DNA of 64,000 nucleotides from IMG/VR virus record IMGVR_UViG_3300045391_000045, positions 1-64,000 of that record; one strand, written 5' to 3'. The translations under genes were made by a program, and so were the position numbers. Source of the stretch: a virus. Shown here one piece after another: positions 15,934 to 23,981 of the stretch (positions are counted from its first letter, which is position 1; the number at the start of each line of letters is the position of its first letter). The notes beneath the pieces are model-generated. The model did not search any database. It was not told the DNA's origin and saw nothing but the letters and a program-made list of their open reading frames with translations.

Positions 15934-17550
15934 ATGTCTAATGCACTTGGTAAGTTTGCTGCTTCTCAGAAGCAGGAGCGCGTTGCTACGCCTCAGACAA
16001 AGCGTACCCCTGGTCGTACGGATGAGGTCAAGAACAACGCGGGCGGGTTTGTGTTCAAGGTAGACGACAAGTCTCGTCTTGAGCGCTTCCTGGTGTTGGG
16101 TACTGACAAGGGTACCTATTACGTTGGTGAGCAGAAGTTGACGGCTCAGAACATTTCCTTCCTGAAGGAGATGGTCCGTAAGGATGAGCGTCTGGTCGTG
16201 GACACTGCTGTTGACGTCTCTGTAAACGCTCGTGCGCTTAAGAATTCTCCTGCGCTGTTCGCTATGGCTCTGGTCATGACGGAGGGCAAGGACAAGGCTT
16301 ACGCTCGTGAGGCCGTACAGAAGGTTGCTCGTACGTCTACCCACCTTTTCGAGTACGCACAGTACATCGATGACCTGGGTGGTTGGGGTCGAGCAAAGCG
16401 TCGTTCTGTCGCTGAGTGGTACGAGAACAAGTCTATCGATGCGCTTGCGTATCAGGCTGTGAAGTACCGTCAGAGGAACGGTTGGACGCACCGTGACCTT
16501 TTCCGTCTTGCTCACCCTCAGGGTGTAGACCAGGGTGTTGGTAACTTCATCCTTGGCAAGGACGTTGAGGCTGAGGTGGAAATTCTTAAGGGCTTCGCTG
16601 CAATGCAGTCTGCGACTTCGGTCAAGGATGTTATTCGCACGCTGGAGACTTTCAAGAACCTTCCTTGGGAGACCATCCCTACTCAGTTCCTCAAGGATGT
16701 GAAGGTCTGGAAGACTCTGTTCTACAACGGTCAGCTTCGTGGCCAGGCTCTCATTCGCAACATTACTCGACTCGCTCGAATTGGTGCGTTTGATGACATG
16801 GTTTTCGCAACTGACTACGCGAACGCAATTGCTAACCAGGAAATGATTCAGAAGACTCGTCTTCACCCAATCAACTTCCTGAATGCGGTTGTTGTTCACG
16901 AGAGTGGACAGATTGACCGTAACGGTTACAGCATGTGGAGTGCCGGACGTAAGAAGGATTGGAAGTCTAACGGAAAGATTGTGGATGCTCTCAATGAGGG
17001 ATTCCACATGGCATTCAAGACTGTCGAGCCTTCTGGCAAGAGGACTCTGGTTGCGACTGACGTGTCTGGCTCAATGAGTCAGGCTGCCATCGGACTTGAC
17101 CTCTCTTGTGCTCAGGTTTCTGCGGCTGTTGCTATGACGGTTGCGCGTTCCGAGCCTTACAGTGACATTGTTGGCTTCTCTAGCAGCATTGTTGACTTGG
17201 GCATTACCGCTAAGAGTTCTTTTGCCGACGCAATGCGTAAGGTGAGTAACAGGAACTTTGGTGGTACGGATGCGGCTGCTGCAATTAAGTACGCTAACCA
17301 GAAGGGAATTCAGGTTGACACCTTCGTAGTTATCACTGATAACGAGACGTGGGGCGGAAGCCAGAAGCCTTTCCAGGCACTTAAGCAGTACCGTCAGAAG
17401 ACCGGAATTGATGCGCGTCTTGCGGTTCTCGGTGTGGCGTCTACGGACTTCACCATCGCTGACCCTACGGACCGTGGAATGATGGACTTCGTTGGTTTCG
17501 ATGCAAATGCGCCTAAGGCCCTCGCGGACTTCAGCGCTGGTCGTATCTGA
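15934..17550 (+). CDS. rsr: Ro60-like ribonucleoprotein (TROVE domain + C-terminal vWA/MIDAS)
   Basis: 538 aa; TROVE-like N-terminal region; MIDAS motif VATDVSGSM...TD; RBS AAAGGATTAGAAAAATG. Confidence 0.8.
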   Translation: MSNALGKFAASQKQERVATPQTKRTPGRTDEVKNNAGGFVFKVDDKSRLERFLVLGTDKGTYYVGEQKLTAQNISFLKEMVRKDERLVVDTAVDVSVNARALKNSPALFAMALVMTEGKDKAYAREAVQKVARTSTHLFEYAQYIDDLGGWGRAKRRSVAEWYENKSIDALAYQAVKYRQRNGWTHRDLFRLAHPQGVDQGVGNFILGKDVEAEVEILKGFAAMQSATSVKDVIRTLETFKNLPWETIPTQFLKDVKVWKTLFYNGQLRGQALIRNITRLARIGAFDDMVFATDYANAIANQEMIQKTRLHPINFLNAVVVHESGQIDRNGYSMWSAGRKKDWKSNGKIVDALNEGFHMAFKTVEPSGKRTLVATDVSGSMSQAAIGLDLSCAQVSAAVAMTVARSEPYSDIVGFSSSIVDLGITAKSSFADAMRKVSNRNFGGTDAAAAIKYANQKGIQVDTFVVITDNETWGGSQKPFQALKQYRQKTGIDARLAVLGVASTDFTIADPTDRGMMDFVGFDANAPKALADFSAGRI

Positions 17551-17602
17551 AACACTGCCCCCTCTTCGGAGGGGGCAAGCTTGTTAAAGGAGAACAGTTT
17601 GA

Positions 17603-18550
17603 ATGTTCATGTATAATGATGCGTATGTAACATACGAGCAAAGAGTAAATCACGAATATAAGGATGTTTATGCTGATGCATTTTCGCCACCATATCAGAT
17701 GCTTGGTAGCGCTAGCATTGTCCACATCCTGAACGTTCGTAGTCTGGATGTTGAAGTTACAGTGACCGCTGAGACTGGCTACGGTTTTTCTCAGGCTGTC
17801 GTAATGTCGTGCCTAGCTGCTGCCGTCAAAAATATTGACGATGGCTACCTTTACACTCTGGTCCGCAAGAGGATTGAGAATCAGATGGGGTTCGAGCTTG
17901 ACGATTTTATTCCGGCCGGGGTTGCTAATCCAACCGACGTAGACCATTCTATTGATGGAACACATTGGAGATTCAACGTAATTGCAAGTCTGAATCACAA
18001 GTATGTTCGGAGACCAAAGTTCGAGCTTATCAAGAATGAGCATCAGTTCGGAATGGTCGAGATGAGGTTGAATTACTATTCTGGAGTACATCCCGGTCAC
18101 ATTAGTCTTCTGATTGAAGAGGGTGTTATCGCAGAAAGCGATTGGAATTCAGTTGAACATGCTCAGATGATGCTTTGGTATAAGGCTTATGAAGAGATGC
18201 CAATGCTTGCACCAGACCTATCCTACATGAGGTATACAGAAGGATTGCTAAACGGAAGTAAGTATCACACGGGCGGGTATTATGTTGATGCCCCCAATAA
18301 GGCACCAAACTTCTCAGGACCACTTGCCAAGCCTGCTGTTTCAGGGTATGGTAAGGATAGTAGGGTCAATGAGTTGCCGGGTGTGAAGGAAATGGTTACA
18401 CATCCGCTAAGTAAGCAAAAGATGACTCTTGAACGTGCTATCATTAGTCTTAATGACCAGCACAAGTGGACAAGGGAACAAATCGCGGATTGGCTTGAAA
18501 CCCTTGACATTGACATTACATTTAAGGTGAATACAGATGAACAAGATTGA
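17603..18550 (+). CDS. hypothetical protein adjacent to Ro60
   Basis: 315 aa ORF after hairpin-CAAGCTT-AAAGGAG; no recognisable motif. Confidence 0.5.
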   Translation: MFMYNDAYVTYEQRVNHEYKDVYADAFSPPYQMLGSASIVHILNVRSLDVEVTVTAETGYGFSQAVVMSCLAAAVKNIDDGYLYTLVRKRIENQMGFELDDFIPAGVANPTDVDHSIDGTHWRFNVIASLNHKYVRRPKFELIKNEHQFGMVEMRLNYYSGVHPGHISLLIEEGVIAESDWNSVEHAQMMLWYKAYEEMPMLAPDLSYMRYTEGLLNGSKYHTGGYYVDAPNKAPNFSGPLAKPAVSGYGKDSRVNELPGVKEMVTHPLSKQKMTLERAIISLNDQHKWTREQIADWLETLDIDITFKVNTDEQD

Positions 18551-18743
18551 TGAGAAGGCAAAGGAACTTCAGGACACCATCAACGAGATTGGCATGAGCG
18601 TGCTTACGGGTTACACTCTTGCTGATGCAATTCGTGAGGGTTCCATGGTATCAAAGCAGGAGTATGGTTGGGGCGATGGGGCTACTGCATGTGCTCTTAC
18701 TGCTGCTGTGATTGGTGCCAAGTCTCGTGGCTACGTCGATTGA
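18537..18743 (+). CDS. hypothetical protein
   Basis: 68 aa. Confidence 0.4.
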   Translation: MNKIDEKAKELQDTINEIGMSVLTGYTLADAIREGSMVSKQEYGWGDGATACALTAAVIGAKSRGYVD

Positions 18744-18767
18744 CATTGCCCGAACTAAGTGTTAAGA
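18739..18767 (+). promoter_or_regulatory. promoter TTGACA-N17-TAAGAT
   Basis: exact -35 and 17-nt spacer ahead of tRNA pair. Confidence 0.5.
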
Positions 18768-18835
18768 TGTAATAAGTCAGGTAGCAGTGGTTACTGCTCA
18801 TAAGGAAGCGACGGTTGCTCGCCCGCCTGATTTAT

Positions 18836-18908
18836 GGTCCCGTAGCTCAGTGGATAGAGCAACGGCTTGCGGAGCCGTGTGTCGGAGGTTCGAATCCTCT
18901 CGGGACTA
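18836..18908 (+). tRNA. tRNA-Arg (anticodon read as GCG; unusual)
   Basis: acceptor GGTCCCG/CGGGACT, D-stem GCTC/GAGC, anticodon arm ACGGC-TTGCGGA-GCCGT, T-arm GGAGG-TTCGAAT-CCTCT. Confidence 0.5.
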
Positions 18909-18912
18909 CTTT

Positions 18913-18990
18913 GCCCCAGTATCGCCACTGGCTTCTAACCAGTCGTTAACAGCGTAATGGAGTATGCAGGTTCGAATCCTGTCTGGGGTA
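18913..18990 (+). tRNA. atypical tRNA-like gene (anticodon TCT, Arg) with 5-nt D region and 22-nt variable arm
   Basis: acceptor GCCCCAG/CTGGGGT, anticodon arm ACTGG-CTTCTAA-CCAGT, T-arm GCAGG-TTCGAAT-CCTGT; no D-arm can be folded. Confidence 0.4.
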
Positions 18991-19162
18991 CGTGAGTCGT
19001 AGAGAACTAATTGTGATGTATGATGGTCTGAGCAATGAGGAAGAAGATGCTCTATTTGAAGCCATCGAAAACGTAATTTGTCCCGACATTGAGGAGGAAG
19101 ACCATTCCGAATCGTGTCGGCTTTTCTGTATGTCAATCAAAACAGTAGAAGAAAGTAATTAA

Positions 19163-19327
19163 ATGGATTGGTTGAGAAAAGATGAGAGGGTAGAAGTCAT
19201 CGCAGGAGAATACGACGGTAAGCGAGGGAAGGTTACCAAAGTAATCTCAAATGACAGATATCTAGTCTCACTTAACGGAGGTTTTACAGTTGAACTTCCG
19301 CGTAGGTCATTGAAGCGACTGGACTAA
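19163..19327 (+). CDS. small KOW/SH3-like protein (paralog family)
   Basis: 54 aa MDWLRKDERVEVIAGEYDGKRGKVTKV; KOW-like GxxGKVxxV. Confidence 0.4.
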   Translation: MDWLRKDERVEVIAGEYDGKRGKVTKVISNDRYLVSLNGGFTVELPRRSLKRLD

Positions 19328-19370
19328 GAATAATATGGATGGTAGGATACTCCTAAGAAGGTTTAGGAGG

Positions 19371-19937
19371 ATGAAAATGCCTAAGAGAAAGTTTTTCTAT
19401 GATACCGAGTTTCACGAAGATGGTAAAACTATTGATTTGATTTCAATTGCTATGGTTCGTGGAGACGGTAAGGAATATTATGCTGTATCATCTGATGCGG
19501 ATTACAAGCGGGTTTTTGAGAACAGTTGGTTGATGAATCATGTTATGAATACAATCGACCATGTTGTTGTTGAAGACCATCACGGTGGCGGATATACAAT
19601 TATCCCAAAGGGTCCTTTCGTAAGAACCAGAGAACAAATCCGTGATGAAATCCTTGAATTCGTAATGGAAAGTCAGGATGAATTTAACGACCCTCATGGT
19701 GAGGCAAAGGCTGAGTTGTGGGCATGGTATGCTGACTATGACCACGTAGCACTTTGTCAACTGTTTGGTAAGATGATTGACCTTCCAACAGGTTTCCCTA
19801 TGTTTACTAGAGATTTGAGGCAGCATTGGGAGTATAAGGGATATCCTGAGCTTCCAAGACAAGACGATGGTGAACACAACGCACTTGACGATGCACGTCA
19901 CAACCTGGTAATGTATAACTACATGGAAGGTCTGTGA
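19371..19937 (+). CDS. DEDDh 3'-5' exonuclease (RNase T / oligoribonuclease-like)
   Basis: FFYDTEF (Exo I), HNALDDARHN (Exo III with His); RBS AGGAGG. Confidence 0.6.
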   Translation: MKMPKRKFFYDTEFHEDGKTIDLISIAMVRGDGKEYYAVSSDADYKRVFENSWLMNHVMNTIDHVVVEDHHGGGYTIIPKGPFVRTREQIRDEILEFVMESQDEFNDPHGEAKAELWAWYADYDHVALCQLFGKMIDLPTGFPMFTRDLRQHWEYKGYPELPRQDDGEHNALDDARHNLVMYNYMEGL

Positions 19938-19942
19938 GAAGC

Positions 19943-20101
19943 ATGGAAGAGTATACTCTGACTTTGCAGTTGACTGTGAAGATTGAGGCACCAGACGCAG
20001 GTGACGCATTGGACGTAGCACTCGACACTTTTGGCAAGGGTTGCGCTGGTGGCGTGGATGTGGTAGAGTATGAGGTGTTGAAGATTGCTGAACCTAAGTG
20101 A
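19943..20101 (+). CDS. hypothetical small protein
   Basis: 52 aa ORF, coupled to upstream gene. Confidence 0.3.
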   Translation: MEEYTLTLQLTVKIEAPDAGDALDVALDTFGKGCAGGVDVVEYEVLKIAEPK

Positions 20102-20288
20102 ACTTGAAAAGGCCGGGGTTACGGTCAAGAAGTTCTGTGGCCTAGATATGAATGATATGGGTTGCACAGGAGAGGCAGTTGGTGATATCATCGCAGAGAT
20201 GGAAGACGGAGTACAGATTCCAATTCCTGTATGCCAGCAACACCTTGACGTAATTCAGTCACAATATGATGTTGAAAGTCTAGGTTGA
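20085..20288 (+). CDS. hypothetical protein
   Basis: 67 aa. Confidence 0.4.
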   Translation: MLNLSELEKAGVTVKKFCGLDMNDMGCTGEAVGDIIAEMEDGVQIPIPVCQQHLDVIQSQYDVESLG

Positions 20289-20313
20289 CACACACACGGA
20301 CTCTTGCTATGAT
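20285..20313 (+). promoter_or_regulatory. promoter TTGACA-N17-TATGAT
   Basis: precedes tRNA-Ala. Confidence 0.5.
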
Positions 20314-20325
20314 AGAAGAGTCAAT

Positions 20326-20398
20326 GGGGGCTTAGCTCATCTGGTAGAGCATCTGCCTTGCAAGCAGAAGGTGACCGGTTCAAGTCCGGTAGTCTCCA
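20326..20398 (+). tRNA. tRNA-Ala (anticodon TGC)
   Basis: acceptor GGGGGCT/AGTCTCC, D GCTC/GAGC, loop CTTGCAA, T-arm ACCGG-TTCAAGT-CCGGT. Confidence 0.6.
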
Positions 20399-20660
20399 CT
20401 GGTCATATTTGACCTACAAGGAGGTATGCACTATGTTGTATACACTACTAGTAATCTTGGTAATCGTCATTATCTTGATGCTGATTTTCTAAGGAGGTTA
20501 GCATGAGAGGTAGCGACGTAGTATGGACCATCGCAGGAGTTCTTATCTGTATTGCTCTCATCGTATGGCTTGCAGATAACGTAAGCTTCTGATAGAGTAA
20601 AGCTCACGAACCTAGGTCGCCTCTGATGCAAGCTGCCTATCAAGTTGTAGTGCACTGCGC

Positions 20661-20690
20661 TTGACACCCCAGTCCTGGGTCGGGTAATAT
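20661..20690 (+). promoter_or_regulatory. promoter TTGACA-N18-TAATAT
   Basis: precedes tRNA-Lys. Confidence 0.45.
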
Positions 20691-20698
20691 GGACACAT

Positions 20699-20771
20699 GC
20701 TCCGGTAGCTCAGTTGGCAGAGCAGGCGGCTCTTAACCGTCGTGTCGGGAGTTCAAGTCTCCCTCGGAGTA
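20699..20771 (+). tRNA. tRNA-Lys (anticodon CTT)
   Basis: acceptor GCTCCGG/TCGGAGT, loop CTCTTAA, T-arm GGGAG-TTCAAGT-CTCCC. Confidence 0.6.
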
Positions 20772-20796
20772 CGTAATATTGTAAAGTAAATTAAAT

Positions 20797-20825
20797 CCCC
20801 GTTAGAATAATCTGGCGGGGATTTC
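20797..20825 (+). terminator. hairpin ATCCCCG-N14-CGGGGAT + TTCC after tRNA-Lys
   Basis: 7-bp GC stem; near-identical hairpin recurs at 43686 after tRNA-Gly. Confidence 0.4.
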
Positions 20826-20850
20826 CTATTAAACAAACAAGGAGAAAACA

Positions 20851-21654
20851 ATGTTCGGTCGTCGTAAGGCTGCTTTCGTTCCCGATACCACCAAGCGTGT
20901 TCTTAAGACTGTCAAGGTTGTTAAGCGAGACCCTTCTACGGCTGCTGCGCCTGTTGACCTGATTAAGAAGGTTGGTGTTTCTTTCGAAAAGAAGGTTGAG
21001 TCTGCTGTTAATCTGAACAAGAATGTCAGTGGCCCTTCTCGCGGTGTTGTCTGGAATGTTATCGGTCTGCTTGATGAGTCGTACTCTATGGCTCCGTTCT
21101 TCAGTGATGGCACTGTTCAGGAGATTGTTGACCGTGTGCTTGCTTGGTCTGCCTCGGTTGATGCTGATGGCCTGGTGCCTTTCGGCGGATTTGCTGACAG
21201 CCACGTTTGGCACGGTGACGTTGACCTGACTAACGTTAATAACGTCGTTGCTACAAACGGCTGGTCGCCTTGGGGTGGTACCAACCTTGCTGACTCTCTT
21301 CAGGCTATCCTTGACATGGTTCGGGACATGGGAGATGCTTGGCAGGAGAACCCCATCCTTCTGTTCATTGTGACAGACGGTATGCCGTTCAATCGGGACC
21401 TTGTAAAGCAGCTTATTCAGGAACTTTCTCAGTACCCTGTCTTTATCAAGATTCTGCGGGTTGGCAATGACCCTGGTGCTAAGGCTTTCGTTGAGGACCT
21501 TGACAACATGGTTGGTGGTCGTCTGGTGGATAATGTTGAGGCTCCGGATGATGGTCTCCGTAAGGGAATGTCTGACGACAAGTTCAATGCAGCGATGATT
21601 CACGACATGGACAAGTATGTCAACGATGCAACTGCGGTTGGCCTGCTTAGTTGA
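20851..21654 (+). CDS. vWA (von Willebrand factor A) domain protein
   Basis: MIDAS-like DESYSM, TNLADSL and FIVTDG motifs. Confidence 0.6.
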   Translation: MFGRRKAAFVPDTTKRVLKTVKVVKRDPSTAAAPVDLIKKVGVSFEKKVESAVNLNKNVSGPSRGVVWNVIGLLDESYSMAPFFSDGTVQEIVDRVLAWSASVDADGLVPFGGFADSHVWHGDVDLTNVNNVVATNGWSPWGGTNLADSLQAILDMVRDMGDAWQENPILLFIVTDGMPFNRDLVKQLIQELSQYPVFIKILRVGNDPGAKAFVEDLDNMVGGRLVDNVEAPDDGLRKGMSDDKFNAAMIHDMDKYVNDATAVGLLS

Positions 21655-21679
21655 CAAGCCCTTGCTAGTCATGTAAGAT
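21651..21679 (+). promoter_or_regulatory. promoter TTGACA-N17-TAAGAT
   Basis: precedes three-tRNA cluster. Confidence 0.5.
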
Positions 21680-21707
21680 ATAAGAACAAGGCGTCGAAAG
21701 ACGCTAT

Positions 21708-21781
21708 GGCGGTATAGCTCAGTTGGTTAGAGCGTTCCCCTCATAAGGGAAAGGCCACTGGTTCGAGTCCAGTTGCCGCTA
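21708..21781 (+). tRNA. tRNA-Met (anticodon CAT), elongator-like
   Basis: acceptor GGCGGTA/TGCCGCT, anticodon arm TTCCC-CTCATAA-GGGAA, T-arm ACTGG-TTCGAGT-CCAGT. Confidence 0.6.
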
Positions 21782-21782
21782 C

Positions 21783-21855
21783 TGCGCGGTAGTGAAGGTA
21801 GGTATCACGCGGGGCTCATAATCCCGAATCAGGAGTTCAAATCTCCTCTGCGCCA
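21783..21855 (+). tRNA. tRNA with CAT anticodon and unpaired 1-72 (initiator-like or Ile2)
   Basis: acceptor TGCGCGG/CTGCGCC with 1-72 mismatch, anticodon stem CGGGG/TCCCG (three G-C pairs), loop CTCATAA, T-arm AGGAG-TTCAAAT-CTCCT. Confidence 0.5.
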
Positions 21856-21856
21856 C

Positions 21857-21932
21857 GGTCCTTTAGCTGAGATGGATTAGCGCGTGTCTGAAGAACACGA
21901 GAGGTATTAGGGTTCGATTCCCACAGGGACCA
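21857..21932 (+). tRNA. tRNA-Phe (anticodon GAA)
   Basis: acceptor GGTCCTT/AGGGACC, anticodon arm CGTGT-CTGAAGA-ACACG, weak 3-bp T-stem. Confidence 0.5.
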
Positions 21933-21933
21933 C

Positions 21934-22083
21934 ATGGTTAATATCAAGAAGAAGCCATTGTATAAGGCTCAGTCCAAGATGGAAGCTGATTCTTGGATTG
22001 ACAGCACCGGCAAGCGTATGTATCCTGGTCAAAAGCTAATCGTTCACCGGCAGGGTGACGAGTGGCACGTCTATAAGGGGTAA
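21934..22083 (+). CDS. small KOW/SH3-like protein starting 2 nt after tRNA-Phe 3' end
   Basis: 49 aa ...GKRMYPGQKLIVHRQGDEWHVYKG; junction ACCACATGG. Confidence 0.4.
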   Translation: MVNIKKKPLYKAQSKMEADSWIDSTGKRMYPGQKLIVHRQGDEWHVYKG

Positions 22084-22085
22084 AA

Positions 22086-22238
22086 ATGGCACTATTTAAG
22101 AAGGATTCTAAGCCTGCAAAGACAGGCGATGATTCTACACCGGAAGAGAAGGCAGAGCAAGCCTTGAAGTTCCACACTGCATCTGCTAGGTTTGGTAAGG
22201 TCGGAAAGAGAGACAAGACATGGGAGCAGAGCAAGTAA
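22086..22238 (+). CDS. hypothetical small protein
   Basis: 50 aa ORF. Confidence 0.35.
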   Translation: MALFKKDSKPAKTGDDSTPEEKAEQALKFHTASARFGKVGKRDKTWEQSK

Positions 22239-22411
22239 CAGTCTACGATGAAACAATCGCTCGAATGGCAGTCCGGTTGGGCTTGACAGTCGAAGAGGTT
22301 GATGCCATCATGGATATGTATACAGAAGAGTCCAAGCAAGTTCACATTGAGCGAGGCCACTTTAGGCCAAAGCCAAGGGTTGCATCAACTAACCGCACTG
22401 TGCTAGACTAA
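22220..22411 (+). CDS. hypothetical protein
   Basis: 63 aa. Confidence 0.4.
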   Translation: MGAEQVTVYDETIARMAVRLGLTVEEVDAIMDMYTEESKQVHIERGHFRPKPRVASTNRTVLD

Positions 22412-22421
22412 GGAGAACAAA

Positions 22422-22610
22422 ATGGGATGCTGGGATATCGAGCCTAAGACTGAAGAGGAAATTCAGGAACAGGCAAAGAAGATGCTCAATCACCCACTTT
22501 ACATCAAGTTTTTCAAGATTCCACAGGACGAAAGTTTTCAGGAAATCTCTGAAAAGATGATGGAAAATCCATCAACACGAGTTGATTATCTCAGATTGAT
22601 GGGAAAGTAA
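22422..22610 (+). CDS. hypothetical protein
   Basis: 62 aa, RBS AAGGAGAACAAAATG. Confidence 0.45.
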   Translation: MGCWDIEPKTEEEIQEQAKKMLNHPLYIKFFKIPQDESFQEISEKMMENPSTRVDYLRLMGK

Positions 22611-22632
22611 GTAAGACGCCCGAAAGGGCAAT

Positions 22633-22718
22633 GGATGTGTAACACGTAATTGGTAGCGTCGCGGCCTGTAAAGCCGTTGTCCGAAAGGGCTCTGGGGGTT
22701 CAAGTCCCTCCGCATCCA
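22633..22718 (+). tRNA. tRNA-Tyr (anticodon GTA)
   Basis: acceptor GGATGTG/CGCATCC, loop CTGTAAA, long variable arm, T-arm GGGGG-TTCAAGT-CCCTC. Confidence 0.6.
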
Positions 22719-22720
22719 CT

Positions 22721-22792
22721 GTGTCGGTAGCTTAATGGTAGAGCGTTGCGTTGTGGTCGCAATGGTTGCGGGTTCAAATCCCGTCCGACACC
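22721..22792 (+). tRNA. tRNA-His (anticodon GTG)
   Basis: acceptor GTGTCGG/CCGACAC perfect, discriminator C, loop TTGTGGT. Confidence 0.6.
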
Positions 22793-22794
22793 CC

Positions 22795-22866
22795 GGTCCT
22801 TTGTTGCGAGTGGCTAGCAATCGGTCTGCAAAACCGAATACGTGGGTTCGAATCCCACAAGGGCCT
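22795..22866 (+). tRNA. tRNA-Cys (anticodon GCA)
   Basis: acceptor GGTCCTT/AAGGGCC, anticodon arm TCGGT-CTGCAAA-ACCGA, T-arm GTGGG-TTCGAAT-CCCAC. Confidence 0.55.
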
Positions 22867-23230
22867 CTATACATTCTCCGCCTGAATGTAGAAGGTAACC
22901 GCAAGTGTAAAACGCCTTGAAAGCGTGCCTGTGAAAGCGGAACGGGACTCCTCTAGCAGGGAGATTGAAACCATAGGGAATAGCCCGTATAGACCTATGG
23001 CACCACGGACTACGATGTGCTAGCATTGGTGGTGGTTCCGGAGAAGAGGCTAGTCACCTCCAACTGGGTATTATGGTAAGATGAGTTTCGGATGTTGGCT
23101 CTTGAAATACTAAGCATTCAGCGGGTAATGTGAGTTAGGCGGGGGAGCCTGCAAACCTCACAGAATGGCCAGGACTGATACATCCTCCCGTGAAACGTAT
23201 TCAGAGCGTAAGCTGCTACTTACGCATCAT

Positions 23231-23306
23231 TCCCCTATAGCATAATCGGCAGTGCACCGGACTGTTAATCCGCAAAGTTCTGGTTCGAATCCAGATGGGG
23301 GAGCCA
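23231..23306 (+). tRNA. tRNA-Asn (anticodon GTT), CCA encoded
   Basis: acceptor TCCCCTA/TGGGGGA, D GCAT/GTGC, loop CTGTTAA, T-arm TCTGG-TTCGAAT-CCAGA, followed by GCCA. Confidence 0.55.
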
Positions 23307-23557
23307 CACGCACAGAATTGGGAAAAGAACGGATTTGGAAACCACGCAATAACCATGGTAAAGGTGGTGAAAGATGAAGGGGAGATACTGAAGAGCGGTG
23401 CGCCAAGACTATTATCTTGGTAAGGCACCCGCGTGGGACCAAGCTTAGTGGCATCGGTCGAGTGCCCATCTAGAACAATTCGTTTATCCTGGTATACGCG
23501 CTTTCGCGGCGGATTGTTTGAAGATAAAGGGGTCACGCCCATTCGGCCTTTTTTAAT

Positions 23558-23630
23558 GCCTCCGTAGTGAAATGGACAATCACGCTAGTCTTCGGAACTA
23601 GAATTACGGGTTCGAATCCTGTCGGGGGTA
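23558..23630 (+). tRNA. tRNA-Arg (anticodon TCG)
   Basis: acceptor GCCTCCG/CGGGGGT, D GTGA/TCAC, anticodon arm CTAGT-CTTCGGA-ACTAG, T-arm ACGGG-TTCGAAT-CCTGT. Confidence 0.6.
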
Positions 23631-23807
23631 CATGGCAAAGGAAGCAAAGGTAGGCTCCATCGTTTTGATTCTTACAGGAGAGGGCGAAGGAGATACTGCA
23701 ACCGTAGATAGAGTTGACAGAAGTGGCAATATTCGGGCCAAGATGAATAGAGGTCCGAAGTCTGGCCAGTCTGTCTTGTCTCGAAAGGGAAATTACAGGG
23801 TGATTTC

Positions 23808-23981
23808 ATGATTAAGAAGAATGATAAGGTACGCATCTTATACGGAAACCGGGCGGGTGTAATGGCCAAGGTGCTCCGTGTGTATGACACCAATAACATC
23901 AAGGCTAGGGTAATTACTGACGGACCCTTCAAGGGCGAAATCCTTGAGGTAGTCAGAGAAGGTCACTACGCCAAGGCTTGA
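23808..23981 (+). CDS. small KOW/SH3-like protein (paralog family)
   Basis: 57 aa MIKKNDKVRILYGNRAGVMAKVLRV. Confidence 0.45.
   Translation: MIKKNDKVRILYGNRAGVMAKVLRVYDTNNIKARVITDGPFKGEILEVVREGHYAKA

Noticed and set aside
15847-17007. 386 aa ORF on the minus strand
   Set aside because: Lies entirely antisense to the well-supported Ro60 gene; no RBS; translation looks like Ser/Leu/Thr-rich shadow-frame product
20791-21672. 293 aa minus-strand ORF
   Set aside because: Antisense to the vWA gene with clear MIDAS motifs; typical shadow ORF
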